Shown here in pieces: positions 51,201-64,000 of a DNA stretch of 64,000 bases (position 1 is the first letter of the stretch; each line of letters begins with the position of its first letter). The stretch is from Camelus ferus (lineage: Eukaryota): assembly GCF_009834535.1 (NCBI RefSeq), contig NC_045696.1:12960001-13024000 (forward strand), given 5' to 3'. The notes under the pieces were generated by a model. It did no database searches. It was not told the DNA's origin and saw nothing but the letters and a program-made list of their open reading frames with translations. Position numbers and translations under genes: made by a program.

Positions 51201-53369
51201 TACAGAATTTCTCAGAAGTGACAATCTGACAGGCAAACCTAAATTACCATACCATGTGTTAGTGCTAAAATAGCAACGGGTAGAATATGCCTTGAAGCCA
51301 TAGGATATGAGAAGCTTAAGTCTTGGGAAATTAGGAAAGCCTTGGAAATGTCAGTGATGAATACATAGTTTAGTGGAGGAAGCAGCTTGTTTTGACAACA
51401 CTTTTGAGCAGCCTAACGATGAATAGAGAAGAGAGAGAGATTTTAGTAGGGAGAGGTTGGATCAGGAAGGTTGTGTGTCTGTATGTATTTAAGATTAAGT
51501 CAGTGGGAAAAGGTTGAAAATGCAGGCTATGTCTTTATTTTGTCCATGGCTAATTCCTCTTATGGTTGTAAGATGACTGCCACAAGTTCAAGTGTCACAA
51601 GTAAATATGACTCAGTTTCTTGGAAGAACACTTTTTTTGTGATTATACATTGAAAAGTAGCTATCTGAGGAGGGTTCAGTATGAAGTCTACAGCTTAGAG
51701 ATGTTAATTTTGACTCCCAAGTTAACATAAGTAACAATAAATAGATTTAAAAATTGTAGTTTTAGCTAGTGTACTGAGATACCTAGCACTATAGTGGCTA
51801 TCGGGTTAGTGGATAAGGTTATTTTTAAATAAAGCATTTCAATTTAATATCTCTACTAAAATTTAAAAGTTTCAAATTTGTGATTAGTGCAGTATTCTAG
51901 TTGTTCTACTGTAACTGCTGCCTTATTTAAAATTGTTACTTAACATTTTTTCCTCTTTGTCTTTTTTTTTTTTTGACTCAAATTTATTATGAGTTGGAGC
52001 AAGAAGGTGTTTAAAGAATAGTTGGGAATTTGAAGGGCACCGTTTTGGTGGTTTGTTTGCTTTTTCAGTTACTTTGCATATTACATTTGTCAGCTCTTAG
52101 ACCTGCAGGGGGTCATTCTCACCTAGATTCAGTTTTAGGGCTTTCACTTCCTCTGGGCAGTCAGAAATAAATAATGTAGATCACGGTTATGCTTTTTACG
52201 GTTTGAAAACAAAATGGACATATGAAGAACGTTTAATATTTCATTATGGATGTAGGACATGAACACTTAATATTATGTATTGAAAGTAGCATTTAGTGAA
52301 CTATCTCCAGTCTATCAGTCTTTTAATTTTCCATATGTAGTTGGGTATAACTACAGACTTTGATTTGAGTTCAGCGTAGTTTAGTGTCAGATTCTTTTTA
52401 TTGATCTATGAGATTGTTTATATAATCCAAGAAGTGTTCATCAGAAATTAACTAAGTATAAGGCAAAAAATTTCTCTTAAATGCCCCTTCAGTCTGTCTG
52501 ACGTTCTCATCACACACAGAGGATGCTTGAGGCATTTCCCTCTATCCTTCGTTTTTACATCCTCCTCACCTTTACCCTCGCCCCCAACACAACCTGCAAT
52601 TTAGGTCCTGTAACATGAATTGAAATGTAGTATCTGGACCTAGGGCACAAGACTTTTTAACCTCTAAAGTTAACTGACCCTCTCAGGGCTTCAGTTTCCT
52701 CATCTGTAGCAGAAGTGGGGGAGTGGGTTGTATTGAACAAATGTGCTCTTTTAGTTAGAAAAATCTTTAGGCCTGTGAAATTACCAATTATCCTGAACAG
52801 ACTTGGATAATTTTAATATTTTCCTTTTATCTCATTGAGATCTTTATTAGGCTAGGTTCAGGAATCTCTGTATTTTGTAGCTTAACTCTGAGTTTGTGGA
52901 CCCTTTTAAAATGCAGTTTTCTTTTGGTCACTTGCATAAAGATGGCAGTAGTAGCGCTAAAATATTAATGATGTTATGCCAGGCACTGTGCTGTTAAACG
53001 CACCAAACCATTTAATCCTTAGAGTAAGTGTTGATGGTGTTATCCTTACGGGGAACCTGCGAGGTCAGATATCTTACAGAAGACCGCACAGTTGGTAATA
53101 TCTGCAAAGCCTTCCGTTCTTTCCAGTATCATGCTGCTGGTGTTAAAATAACCTGAAATTGACTTTTTTGGCATTTCCTAATTCTGTGTATTTGTTTAGC
53201 ATTTCATCCTTTTTAAAGGGCTTTGTAACACAAGTAGGGCCAGGACTCCCTCCTTAAGTCTCAAGGATGCACATTGCCCTTGTTCATAGAGCTGGACCTG
53301 ACTCGATGGGTCTTTTCTCCTTATTTTCCTGTAATAGGGTTTTCTTTTTCTGCATCAAAGCATTTTTTT

Positions 53370-53830
53370 TAACATTTTTTTATTGATTTATAATCATTTT
53401 ACAATGTTGTGTCAAATTCCAGTGTAGAGCACAATTTTTCAGTTACACATGAACACATATATATTCATTGTCACATTTTTTTCTCTGTGGGCTGCCATAA
53501 GATCTTGTGTATATTTTCCTGTGCTATACAGTATACTCTTGTTTATCTATTCTACAATTTTAAAATCCCGCCTATCCCTTCCCACCCTCCACCCCCTTGG
53601 CAGCCACAAATTTGTATTCTATGTCTGTGAGTCTATTTCTGTTTTGTATTTATGCTTTGTTTTTTTGTTTTTGTTTTTGTTTTTGTTTTTTAGATTCCAC
53701 ATATGAGCGATCTCATATGGTATTTTTCTTTCTCTTTCTGGCTTATTTTACTTAGAATGACATTCTGCAGGAGCATCCATGTTGCTGCAAATGGCATTAT
53801 GTTGTTGGTATTTATGGCTGAATAGTATTT
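53370..53830 (-). mobile_element. Young lineage-specific L1 3' end (same subfamily as 8871-9519)
   Basis: Closely matches the reverse complement of ~9060-9520; TSD AAAGCAT(T/A)TTTTT at 53357-53369 and 53831-53843. Confidence 0.93.
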
Positions 53831-54199
53831 AAAGCATATTTTTATTTTAAATTTCTGTAAAGTTTAATTTATTCTTTTGTGACCACTGTGAAGATACCAG
53901 TGGAAGCTACTGTGTTTTAGAGTTGCCCATGAATTTTCCAGGTAGTGAAACCAATATCCACTGATGACTGGAGAAAATACCTATTATAAAGGAGGAAAAA
54001 AGTAGTTGATATTCCTTGGAAACCTTCAAAACAACCCAAATAAATGTGAACTATATATATGTATTTGATTTATGGTTTGTTGTCTGAGCATTCTTCTGAT
54101 TATAAAGTGACATGGGTTTATGGTTAAGAATTTGAATGCAGAAACAAATCAAAATTACTTAGATGTAACCATTGTTAGTATTTTGATATATATCCTAAC

Positions 54200-54875
54200 T
54201 GGAGGTGGGGGAACCAAGGTTTCTGGACATGTTAAATGTGAGATACCTGTTAGACGTACAGGTAGTAATTTGAGTATGCGGTTGGACACAGGAGTATGAA
54301 GTTCAGAAGAGTGGTCGAGATTACACAGATATAAATAAGACAGTGTACAGCAAGTCCACGAGTGATTGTGTCCTCCTCGTGGGTGTGGATGAGTTCACAT
54401 TGGGAGTGTGTGCAAAGAGGAGGGAATATCTGAACACCAGGCCCTGGCTCTCCAGCATTTAGACGTTTGGAGGAGACGGAAGATCCACCTCATCGACACA
54501 TGGCTGCTGAGGACCTGGTAAATCAGAAGACTGTGGTATCCAGGAAAGCTAGTGAAGAAAGGATTTCAGAGAGGGTGTGATCACCTGTTGAGTGTTACTG
54601 AAGCTTTGCCACTTGGCAGTGTGGAGGCCACTGACCTCACTAAGTGACTCCCATGGATGGAGGGGAAAGGGCCTGCGTTTAGTGGGCTTAGATGAAATTA
54701 GGAAGAGAGGAAAGTGGAGAGCTGTGAATATAAATGGCTCTTTTGGGGAGTTCTCATACAAAGTGGAGCAGGAAATTCTACTGTAGATTGAAGGGTATGG
54801 GGAAGGGTAAGGAAATTTTATTTTAAGAGAAGAGCCATTACAGTATTTTTGTACAATAATGGGAATGTTGCCTGT
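54200..54875 (-). mobile_element. L2 fragment
   Basis: 'tggacatgttaaatgtgagatacctgttagac...ttggcagtgtggaggccactgacc...gaggaaagtggaga'. Confidence 0.75.
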
Positions 54876-55169
54876 TCTTCTTCTTTTTTTTTTTTTTTCA
54901 TATTTTCCTTGGTGAGATTTTGCAGAAGTTTGTCAGTTTTATTGGCCTTCTCAAAGAATCAGCTCATGGTTTAATTCATCAGTTCTATCAGAAGCTAATG
55001 CAAAATTTTATTATGTGAGTGGTTTTCTTGATGGAAGTACAGTAGATTTCATCAGATTCTGGAAGTTGGAGAGCCAGTGCCCTAGTTTGGCAGTTCAATT
55101 TGTTTCTTTAGAAGATACACTTAAGACGTTTTTAAAGAATCTGTTTGAGTTGATACCTCTGTCAGTATA

Positions 55170-55345
55170 GGAGGGAGGGTATAACTCAGTGGTAGAGAGT
55201 ATACTTAGCATGCATAAGCTCCTGGGTTCAATCCCCAGTACTTCCATTAAAAAAGTAATAATAATAATCAATAAATAAACCTAATTACCACGCCAAATGA
55301 AACAAACAAAAATGAAATAAAAAGTAAATACATAAAAATTAAAAA
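55170..55345 (+). mobile_element. Vic-1-type tRNA-derived camelid SINE
   Basis: GGAGGGTATAACTCAGTGGTAGAG...CCTGGGTTCAATCCCCAGTAC plus 'aaataaacctaattacc' tail; 20-bp TSD (17/20) at 55150-55169 and 55346-55365. Confidence 0.92.
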
Positions 55346-56524
55346 TTGATATCTTTGTCAATATAAACTGTTAAATAGTATGAATAACGTTGTTCCCAAA
55401 CAAGAATAAATCTTACTATATTTTTCTATCCTTTCTATCTCCTAGTTTTGTCAAAATAATCTAAGAGTTTAAAGACTGATTTTTCTATCAATTTTTTTCC
55501 ATTTGAAGAATCTTTTAAAAGTTTCATTAAGACTCATAGCCAAGTTATCAACAGTTTAGACTTAACCGAGTTTTACTATTTTTTTGTTTAGTACCTATTT
55601 AAACATCTTTAAAGTTTGTTTTGACAAAGTATTGCATGTTCTTGGTTTAAAAAATAGATTTATCATAACACAACCTCATCTGTTGCACCCCACCCAACCC
55701 CTAATACTACTTCAGATATATTTATCTTTACCCATTTCTGTTATTTAATTTTTCTAGTGGTTTCTTCTGTGTCTCTAAGATGTTTATCCCTCGGTTTATT
55801 TATGAACCTAAGGTGTTATCTGTTTCCATAGCTATTGATTTTGTTTACTTCTACCATCTCCTTACCTGTATTTACAATCATTCCATTTCTGTTCCTGGTC
55901 ACTGCTACAACTCCCATTTTTTTTTTTAATTTGGTCTCATTAATATAATTAGTATTTTTGACTCTGTACATTATAAGTCATATAAAAATATTACCTTTCA
56001 TTTCTCTCTGATTCCTTCTCTCAGCTTGTCATTTTTATTTTGTCAAGGTTCATAATTATACTTTATTTTATAACTGTAATTAAGTCTTCCATTATTTGTC
56101 CTGAAAGTTGAAAACCAGGTAAGAGTGTTCATGTTGTTATACCTGTGTCAATATTGTGCACTGGAGAGCTAAGTAACATGCTGTTACACTTCTTACCTTA
56201 CAGTTCCGTGTCACCCAAAAACATTTCTAACATCAAATTCAAATAATAGCAATTACTGAGACTCATTACTGTCCTGAGCATTATGTGTATTATTTCATTT
56301 GATCCTCCCAGTAAAAAGTAGGAGTCTTTCCCCTTAATCATTTAAAAAAAAAAAAAAAGAAAAAGAGGAGGTAATTCACTAATTCACTCTTTATGGGAAT
56401 TTTGGAGAATTTTCTTTTTTTTTTTTTTTTTTTTTTTTTTTTCACTTTGAGTTTCTTGTAGGAGACCTAAGTTAACTGGGATAGTAACTACTGTACCTCC
56501 CTTTCTGCCCATCAGTTGCTCAAC

Positions 56525-58255
56525 TTAGAAAGCCTACAGTTAACATCATATTTCATGGAATAGAGAATTTGAGATTTGCAGATACTAACTACTATATGTA
56601 AATAGATAAACAACAAGTTTATACTCTATAGCACAGGGAACTGTATTCAATAACCTGGTAGTAACTTATGATGAAAAAGAATATGAAAACGAATATATGT
56701 ATGTTCCTATATGACTGAAGTATTGTGCTGTATACCAGAAATTGGCACAACATTGTAAACTGACTATACTTCAATAAAAATATGTTTAAAAAAAGCAAAA
56801 CAATAAAAAAGAAAAATCATTTCATGGTGAAATATTGAACACTTTCCTTACAAGGGAATAAAGCAAGGATGCCCTCTCTCACCACTCTCACAATTCAATC
56901 AGCAGTAAGGTGGAAAAAGAAATAAGAGTAAAGATGGGTAAGAAGTAAAACTGTTTTTGCAGATGACATGATTGTGTACATAGAAAAATCCTAAGGAATC
57001 TACAGAGCAACTATCAGAACTAATAAGTGCATTAAGTAAGGTTACAGAGAATTCCAGGTAAATATGAAAAAAAATCAATTTTGTGTTTACATAGTAGCAG
57101 CAGAAAAACCAGAAAATGAAGTTTAACAAACAAGTTCATTTATAGTAACTACCAAAAAACCCACACAATACTTAGGAATAAATTTAACGAAAGATATGCA
57201 AGACCTCTTTACTAAAAACATCTGAATAATGCTAAGAGGAACTAAGACCTAAATAAATGGGGAGATAGTGCTGAGTTCATGCATCAGAAGACACAGTTTG
57301 TTAAGATATTAAGATATCGGTTCTCCTAGAATTGCTATATAGATTTATTGTTATCCTAATCAAGATTCTACTGGCTCTTACAACTTAATAATAAGAAAAC
57401 AACCCAGTTAAAAATAAACAGAAGAATTGAACAGGAGTTTCACAAAATAAGATATACAAATGGCCAATTAGCATATACAGAGATGCTCAACGTCATTAGC
57501 CATCAAGAATGCAAACTAAAACCACAGTGAAGTACCACTGTTTGTTTATTTATTCGGGTTAGCGAAGATGAAAAAGACTGACAATATCAAGGTTGGTGAG
57601 AAATGTGGAGCAAATGGAGTTGTCATATATTGCTGGTAGCAGTGAAGGTGATACAGTTACTTTGGACAAGTGTTTAGCAATTTCTAAGAAGATAAACATG
57701 AACCTACTGTATCACTTAGGTTTTCTACTCCTGGGTATTTCATTACCCAGGAGAAATGAAGTTTATGTCTATGCAGATGTTCATTGAAGCTTTATTACAA
57801 TAGTCCCAAATGGAAAATAATGCAGTTGTCCATCTTTATTACAATAAATAGTTCATCAACAGACAAATGGATAAACAAATAGTGGTACATCCACACAATG
57901 GCATAGTTTTAAGCAATAAAACCCCAGACATCTGATGTATGCAACCTGATTGTCATTAAGTTGCGTGACAAATGTGAAACCAAAGTACATGATGTGTGAT
58001 TCCATTTATGTGAAAGTTGTAGAAAATGCATGCTGATTGAGAGTGACCTAAAGCAAATCATTGGTTACCTGGAGCCAGGGGAACAGGGCAAGAGAGACCT
58101 CAAAGGGGAATTGGAATTTTGAGGAGTGATGGAAATTTATCTTGATTGTGGTAATGGTTTCATTCACATATTCAGGTGTCAAAACTCATTGAATTTTATA
58201 CTTTAAATAATGTAATTCATTCTATTTAAATCATACCTCAAAATTAATAAATAAG
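56525..58255 (+). mobile_element. Old L1M with RT-domain relic and 3' end
   Basis: Encodes QGCPLSP (56864-56884) and FADDMIVY (56956-56979); internal deletion near 57375; 3'UTR to ~58255. Confidence 0.88.
56559..56818 (+). mobile_element. Short young L1 3' end nested in the old L1
   Basis: 'gagatttgcagatactaactac...tatacttcaataaaa'; TSD core ATTTCATGG at 56550-56558 and 56819-56827. Confidence 0.88.
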
Positions 58256-59938
58256 ATAATGACTGACAAGTCCATAATATTCAGTAAACTTTATTGGTAT
58301 GAGCCAATTGTGGTTGCTAGCTCGTATTTTCATAACATAGTCATATTCCATTGAGATGTAACAGCCCTTTAAGAGCCAGGTAGCTGCCAAATATGTTAAA
58401 TAAATAAAATACTTCATTGTTTCTTAAATTCTTTGTAGTAAGAAAGTATAACAGTGGAATCTGTTATTCTTGTTTTGGTTCTGGAGCTTGGATCTCCTGT
58501 GTTTCTTCTTTCTTTCCTTTATTCCCTTCCAAGCTATTTTAAACTTATTACCCAGAATGAACAAATTTGGATTTGTTAATTTGGGAAGTTAAAAAAAACA
58601 AAACAAAACTTTGTTTTGGATCTCTTGGTGAATCTGTAAACAATTTCTTCAAACTTCCCTAAACATTAAAACTTCTCTCTTCCAAGTACAACTTTAGCTT
58701 CATAATTTCAGATATGGAATTAGATCAAGTAAATATAACGAAAGATCCACGATTACATATATAACTTTTAATAATAGGTAAAGTAAATGGGAAAAAGAAA
58801 TCCAGTTTTCCCTGTGTGGAGACTCACATATGTTGTAATAATCATGAGTTGCAAAAATTGTAGTGCTTCCCCCAGCCCTCCACCTCCATTGTTAAAAAGC
58901 TGTAACATCTTTAGTTACATAAACATAGATTTGCCAGGTCGTTTTTCCATATATCACCGTAAAAGTCCTTAAACACAATGTTTTTGGTGCTGCTTGCTGT
59001 AGCACCAGTGCTGCTTATGTTAATTCAAACTTTTGTTGTTTTCTGTTTTCATTCAGCTTTTTTTTTTGGTCTGTGCATCCATGTTCCTTATTCAGTCATA
59101 CTCAAAAATTTTTTTTCATAAGACTGAGAGAAGCTTGTTTAGAAAATGTGATTATCAGATACAGTGTTTAAACAACTGTGATATTTAAGGTCTGTAAATG
59201 GTTAAAGAAAATAGCAAGTCTTGGTCACTGAGTTATTCTTACTGGCTTTTCCTGGCAGGTGAGTCAGTTCTTAGAACATTGGAAGAATGCTGACTTAAGT
59301 TATTGCCTCTGTTTTCAATTCCCACAGATTTTTTTTTTTTTTTTGGATGTTGAGATTCTTTCAGAATTGGGAATGGTAACAAGAAAAACCCTATCTGTAA
59401 AAAGATTCTGCCCTGTGGGCATATCTACCTTAAATTAAAAACAAAAACAAAAACAAAAAACAATTTTTTTAAAAGGCCCTTAAAACACAAAAGACTAAAG
59501 ATATAAACACATGCTACTGTTGGGTCTTTGCCATCCACTTGAAAAGTAGAAGATAATGCTCACCTAATTTCAGGACACTTAAACTCTGGGTTATCTTAGG
59601 TATATTGTAACAGGATCTGGCTTATAAGATTTTGAAGCTAAGGAGGGAGCCAAGAAGGGTGACATGATATGAGGAATTTTCCTGTCTTCTGAGCCACTGA
59701 AAACCCTGCCCTGAAATGGGATGAGGCAAAAGTAATTGACAGGGTGATGGAGGTGTTGGCAGTCAGAAGCAGTAAGGAGAAAAAGGCAGAAATTCCAAAA
59801 GGCCACTAGAAAGAAGGGGAAGACAAGTTCTGAGGAACTCAACCAGACTGCAGGTGGAGGGCACTGCTTTAATATAAAGGCCATGACTTTTGTGCCATTT
59901 CTGATGTCCAGGGTCACAGATCGCTCACACCCAACCAT

Positions 59939-59960
59939 ACACACACACACACACACACAC
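59939..59960. repeat. (AC)n microsatellite
   Basis: 11 AC units. Confidence 0.95.
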
Positions 59961-61344
59961 CCTTGGCTAACAGAACTGTTTTGAAAATAGTTGTTCTCGT
60001 TAATAGACAACTATGGTTAAATGAGAATTGACCAGAAAGTAGTTTTTCATTTGAAGTCTTACTGCAAATACCTTCAGGAATGTCCACATTTCTGTGTACA
60101 TTGGTAATAATGAACATTGTCATCTCTTTCACCCCAAAGTGTCATTTTCATTTTGAACATCTCTAGGTTACGTTCTTCTTGAATATAGGGACTGTCTTTT
60201 GTTTGTGTCTTCGTGGCACCTAGGCTTTTGTGTGGTGCGGGTAGGCAGTTGTAGAAAGAGCGCTTGTTGTTGTTCAGTGAAGATAAAGAATGTTTGGATG
60301 ATACTCTTTTCCTTTTAAACTAGTCCTTGGTGTTAGATTACTCTGTGTGTCTTTTTTACATTGAGAGTTAAAAAGCAACAAAGTCCTGTGAGACTTAGGT
60401 GAGTATAATTCCAGCTCTTTGGTACCCATGGAACTCCATCCTCATTCTGAATTTCTGTTACGAAGAATTGTAGGTCTGGCTCGAATATTCACCTCATGAT
60501 TTTAAGTTTTTTTTTTTTTTATAAATTATCCTTAAAATTATTAAAATATGATAAAGCCACCATATCTTGTTTCATTTTTTAAAAAATGATTTTGAAACCA
60601 AAAACATCAAGTTTTTTAGACATCAAGTGTATTAAAACTTAAGTTGTGTATATTGGACAGAGAGCAGAAGTTATTTCCAAACTGAGGTGCAGGAAGCTTT
60701 AAAATGCCTGTTCATCCTTTATCAGCATTACTGAATGAATCAGCAATTTGCTTAGGTCAGTGAACCTTTGTTTTGAATTATGACAATAGTTTCTGTTTCC
60801 AAGAATATAGAAAAAATTCTGGTGTAACACGGGAATCTAAATTTGGTGTTAATAAATTAACAGAATTTTAGGTATGGAAGGCTCCGTGGGAGTGTCATAT
60901 GTTACTTTTTAGGTTTGAGAAATGTTAGAAGGTGACTGAGATACTAGAAGGTTGTGTCCCATTCTTACTGACTTAGTCATCACTTAATGTGATTTGATCA
61001 AAATGGACTACTGACCATTTAGACGGTTTTCAGAATTAGGAAAACTGAATTTCAGAATTACCTTCTGTAGTGCTCTGTGCTAATGAGGTCAGGGTTGAGT
61101 GGTTGTATTGGCTGTGTTGATAGTTGTCAACCTTTGCTCTTCTCTGGCCACTTGCCCTGCAGGTGTTTCTAGGTCCCAGAGCTGGGCTCCCTTTTGCTCC
61201 TGCTGACTCTGGAAAAGCTAACCAAGAACTGTTCTCTGAGTACTTGGCTCAGTGGCATTGTTTCCGTGTATATTGAAATAGCTGACTGTGCTGTGTTTGG
61301 AAGAAGATGTAGATGATCTGGGTTTTAGATTTATACTAAAAATC

Positions 61345-62470
61345 CCAAGTCATTCATTCAGAAGCAAGTACCTCCATTAGGGCAGGTCCTCTGTTATACG
61401 CTTGAGCTGTGGCAGAGAACAAGCCAGGAAAGGTTTTGACATTTAAGCGAAACCTAAAAGGTGAGGAGTTAGCTAGCTGAAGAGTAGAAGTCCAGAGACT
61501 GGGTGCAGCATGTGCAATGGTCCTGAGGTCAGAAGGACCTTAGTGCCTGTGGGGCAGGAAGGAAGGATGGCCAGGCTGGAGAACAAGAGAGGGAGACAGA
61601 GGCTTTAGAGGAGGCTGGGTTAAAAGATAGAAAACATGCCCATTACAGGTCTGGAGGACATGCTAAGGATTTAGAATTAATCATAAGAAATTCAGAATTT
61701 ATTGTGGGGTTTTTAGCAAGAGACATAACTTTGATATAGGGGAATGAATTGGAAGGGACCAAAAGGGGCTTGAGGGGAATCAGGCTTTTGTTATTTTTAT
61801 CGTCATCATCATTAATAGCAGCTAATATTTATTACTTCTTTGTTATGGGGCAGAGACTTTGCTCAACCATTTACCCTTACTGTCTCATGTCGACCTCAAC
61901 AACCCCAGCGAGGTGCTCTTATTATCCTTGTTTTACAGATGAGAAAACCAAGACCCAACCCAGTGAGGTTAAACAGGTTGCCCAGGATCATATAGCTAGT
62001 AGGTGGCAAAGGTGGGATTTGAATCTGGGCACTGTATGATTCTGGACCCTGTTCTGTTAGCCAGTGGGCTTGTGTTTTCAGTATATGAGGTGATGGGCCA
62101 CTATTGATTCTTGAAATTGAGTGGATCGCAACTGGAATTTTTTTTTTTTTTTAAATGGAACAGAGTAGAAATTAGAGTACTTTGCACTAGTAAGGTAAAA
62201 TGTTGACAGGTGAAAGTTTGTTTCTCTCTTTGTTTTATGTAGCTGTATTTGTACACATGTGAGCTTGTAAGCCATTGCAAGAGGCTAAGTAGCATTTGTC
62301 CAGGCAAGAGCCAGTGGTGGCTTAGACTAGAAGTGTAGCCGTGCAGATGGAGAGAAGTGGGTCTTAGTTGTAAGAGGCAGAGGCACCAGGTCTCGATAAG
62401 AAATTGGATCTGGGGCCAAGTGTGGGAGATGTCAGGGGTGAGTCCTGGGTTTCTGGTGGGAGCAAGATCA
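61345..62470 (-). mobile_element. L2 fragments interrupted by an antisense MIR (~61815-62050)
   Basis: L2: 'cagcatgtgcaatggtcctgagg', 'gcagatggagagaagtgg'. MIR: 'ttttacagatgagaaaacc...gaggttaaacaggttgcccagg'. Confidence 0.75.
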
Positions 62471-62845
62471 GTCCACTCTAAGGGAGACTGACCCTTCCTA
62501 GAGCGGTCCTCCCAGGTGGCTGTTCTACCACCGAATTATCTAGCATCTCTCGGCTGCAGCTGATGGGACTTGGGGTTGGCATGCATATGACTCAAATCTG
62601 TAAGCTGGCCATGAATTTAGGAGACAACTTGTCATCCAAACTGCCTAAACAGAGGGGTTGAGCCAAGAATAAATTCTCTCTTAAGTTTGAGGTGAGCAGT
62701 GAGCAAACTGGTGGCAGCAGATCGCACGAACCTATGTGGGCGAACAGCAGCTCTGGAGTGATGGTATGGCAACTGGTCTTTCTTTGTGTTATGTAAACAT
62801 ATCGCTCCATTTATTTAGGTGTTCTTCAGTGTCTTTCAATACAGT

Positions 62846-63498
62846 TTTTTTAAATTGAGGTAAAATTGGTACATTAACATCATATAACTTTCAGGTGTAC
62901 ACCAGTATAATTCTACATCTGTGTGCATTACAAAGTGATGACCACCTGTCACTATCCATGCATTTGACCCCTTTCACACATTTTGCCCACCCCTGACCCC
63001 ATTCGCTTCTGGTAACCACCAGTCTGTTCTCTGTATGTATGAATTTTGTTCTGTTTGTTTTGTTTCCTTTTAGACTCCACGTATGAATGAGAGCGTACGG
63101 AATCTGTCTTTCTCCACCTGACTTATTTCACTTAACATTATGCCCTCAAGGTCCATCCGTGTTGTCGTAAATGGCAAGATTTCTTTCTTTCTTTTTTTTT
63201 TTTTTAATGGCTGAGTAGGATTCTGTTGTGTATACATATCACATCTTCTTTCATTCATTCATCCACTGCAGGACATTTGTGTTGTTTCCATATCTTGGCT
63301 GTTGTAAATAATGCTACAATGAACATAGGGTGTGTATATCTTTTCAAATTAGTGTTTTTGTATTCTTTGGATAAACACCCAGAAGTGTTAATGATTTGAT
63401 CATATGGTAGTTCTGTTCTTAGTTTTTTGAGGATTCTTCCCATTGTTTTCCATAGTGGCTTCACCAATTTACATTCCCACCAACAGTGGACGAGGGTA
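62846..63498 (-). mobile_element. L1 3' end (antisense)
   Basis: 'ttttttaaattgaggtaaaattg...ctctggtaaccaccagtctg...ccatagtggcttcaccaatttacattcccaccaacagtg'. Confidence 0.9.
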
Positions 63499-64000
63499 AG
63501 ATTGGTATGGTTTTAAGGGTGGGCAAGGCAGATGCCAGGAGAGAATAGAAGGCCAGGGACTTGGATGCAGGGACAGAGCAAGGCAGGTGGTCAGCTGTTG
63601 AGTCTGGCGTGGCTGGAGGGTGTCTGGTCTTAGGGAAGGTGGAGGACAGTGGTCTGTGTGGCACCCCCCACACAAGGCACGTATTTCTTTGAATGGTGGT
63701 TCCTCCCCACTATTCCTAACACCAGTTCCTTGTGTTGATAACTGAAATATTAAGACTGACTGCCAAAGGGAATTTGCTGCTCTTTCATATGGGTGCAAAC
63801 CCAAAGTTGAGTTAGTCCTAGTGCATTATTTTGGAGTGGCCATGATTTCAGGTGGTATGCTGAATCAGGAAATGATAGGTTGTGATTCTTAACCCTGGGT
63901 AGAGTTTAACCACAGAGTGAGAGATTTTATTTTCGTTGACTGTTTCTGAGGAACTCAGCTATAATGAGCACCTTAAAAATAAACACATAAGTAGAATAGA

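Noticed and set aside
55170..55245. tRNA gene
   Set aside because: It has A/B boxes but also an AT-rich tail and a TSD, so it is a SINE head, not a tRNA gene.

Overview
Mammalian genomic DNA, very probably camelid (camel, alpaca or llama): it carries two Vic-1-type tRNA-derived SINEs and several cetartiodactyl/camelid-type L1 3' ends. I see no protein-coding exon I can support. The ORF track is explained by chance, L1 relics and the GC-rich island. Layout: (i) 1-43 kb is AT-rich, repeat-dense DNA (L1, L2, MIR, MaLR/ERVL LTRs, hAT and Tigger relics) with a candidate TATA-type promoter and mini-exon on the minus strand near 2 kb. (ii) About 43.5-45.1 kb is a CpG-island promoter on the + strand with a short non-coding first exon (donor at 44342/44343). 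(iii) The remaining ~20 kb looks like intron 1 of that gene, which I cannot name. The most interesting structure is an apparent L1 3' transduction (~28.8-30.9 kb) that split an old L1 and carried ~1.1 kb of foreign DNA. Smaller items are an orphan 3'UTR-like retrocopy, a polypurine 20-bp tandem repeat and duplicated GC-box module in the promoter, a perfect NRF2/MAF element in intron 1, a candidate recursive splice site, a hAT transposase fossil and adjacent perfect palindromes. I found no evidence of a new multi-gene system. Repeat family names are recalled from consensus sequences, not from a database search, and repeat boundaries are approximate unless a TSD is given.
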